The position numbers and the translations under genes are program-made. Positions 63,522-64,000 of a DNA stretch of 64,000 nt are shown piece after piece. A model generated the notes under the pieces. It was not told where the DNA came from, searched no databases, and saw only the letters and a list, made by a program, of their open reading frames with translations. Origin of the DNA: Deltaproteobacteria bacterium (GTDB lineage: Bacteria > Chloroflexota > Dehalococcoidia > Dehalococcoidales > BS750m-G39); contig JAUVYB010000005.1 of the NCBI GenBank assembly GCA_030603275.1, forward strand, positions 13,928 through 77,927, in the 5' to 3' direction. How positions within the stretch are numbered: the first letter of the stretch is position 1; every line of letters begins with the position of its first letter.

Positions 63522-64000
63522 ATGCCTGATGATGCCAGGATTTACGTCGGTACCTCTGGCTGGTCCTACCCGAAAGGGGAAGGCACCTGGAAAGGCTATT
63601 TCTACCCGTCAGGCAAGATAAATGAACTGGAGTACTACAGCCAGTTCTTCAACACGGTGGAAATCAACAGCTCGTTCTACAGACCGCCCAATCCCGGATA
63701 TGTGTATAACTGGGTTGAGCGAGTTCCAGAAGATTTTCTATTTACTGTCAAGCTCTGGCAGAAGTTCACCCACCCGAAGATGTATGAAGAGGCTACCGGT
63801 GAAGTGGCTGCAATATCCCAGGAAGACGTTGACCTGTTCAAGCATAGCATCGAGCCGCTGGCTAACTCAGGGAAGCTCGGTGCTCTGTTGGCGCAATTCC
63901 CGCCGAGTTTCAAAAATGACGGTTTTGGGAAGCAAATAATGGAAGCAGTTATCAGGACCTTTAGCGAGTACAGGCTGGCAGTTGAACTAAGACACCGGAG
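63522..64000 (+). CDS. DUF72 (YecE-like) family protein, N-terminal part (runs off the window end)
   Basis: Absent from the ORF track because it has no stop in the window. My translation: MPDDARIYVGTSGWSYPKGEGTWKGYFYPSGKINELEYYSQFFNTVEINSSFYRPP..., the typical DUF72 N-terminus. Confidence 0.85.
   Translation, partial: MPDDARIYVGTSGWSYPKGEGTWKGYFYPSGKINELEYYSQFFNTVEINSSFYRPPNPGYVYNWVERVPEDFLFTVKLWQKFTHPKMYEEATGEVAAISQEDVDLFKHSIEPLANSGKLGALLAQFPPSFKNDGFGKQIMEAVIRTFSEYRLAVELRHR

Overview
64-kb window of a bacterial chromosome with fairly high GC. Gene content suggests an anaerobe, possibly Chloroflexota/Dehalococcoidia-like, but that is inference only. I support about 70 protein genes, 2 tRNA-Thr genes and several short intergenic repeat families. 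I saw no rRNA, CRISPR array, transposase or integrase. Layout: (i) 1-17 kb is a minus-strand housekeeping run: recO (cut by the window edge), an AT-rich exonuclease-like gene, recR-ybaB-dnaX, two tandem tubulin/FtsZ-superfamily (CetZ-like) paralogs, gap, eno, pth, ligA. (ii) 17-34 kb is mixed: tyrS-ribF, tRNA-Thr x2, an ABC importer with a ModE-like regulator, molybdenum-cofactor maturation genes (mocA-like, yqeB, xdhC, fdhD, a ubiquitin-like protein plus E1), and a cohesin-dockerin surface protein. (iii) 34.4-50.1 kb is a plus-strand nitrogen/glutamine supercluster: ferredoxin, hisH, split archaeal-type glutamate synthase with hisF embedded, a pseudo-receiver OmpR-type regulator, asnB, amt-glnB, glnA, nadE, nrpR. 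(iv) 50-58 kb holds a two-component system, a NuoE/NuoF-like flavoprotein module and two family III CoA-transferases. (v) 58.1-63.3 kb is a lower-GC segment that begins at an SbcC-like gene relic. It encodes 2 zinc-ribbon proteins, 2 RRM proteins, a DEAD-box helicase and a pyruvate kinase lacking the B domain. Best candidates for something new: the tandem CetZ-like pair in a bacterial context; the nitrogen locus combining a GlnR-like pseudo-receiver regulator, 11-bp-periodic boxes at two promoters, and an archaeal-type NrpR; start-site-sequestering hairpins in the duplicated zinc-ribbon leaders; an fdhD lacking its cysteine loop in an operon with a Ubl/E1 pair; and structured intergenic repeat families. 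All function calls come from reading motifs by eye. No database search was run.
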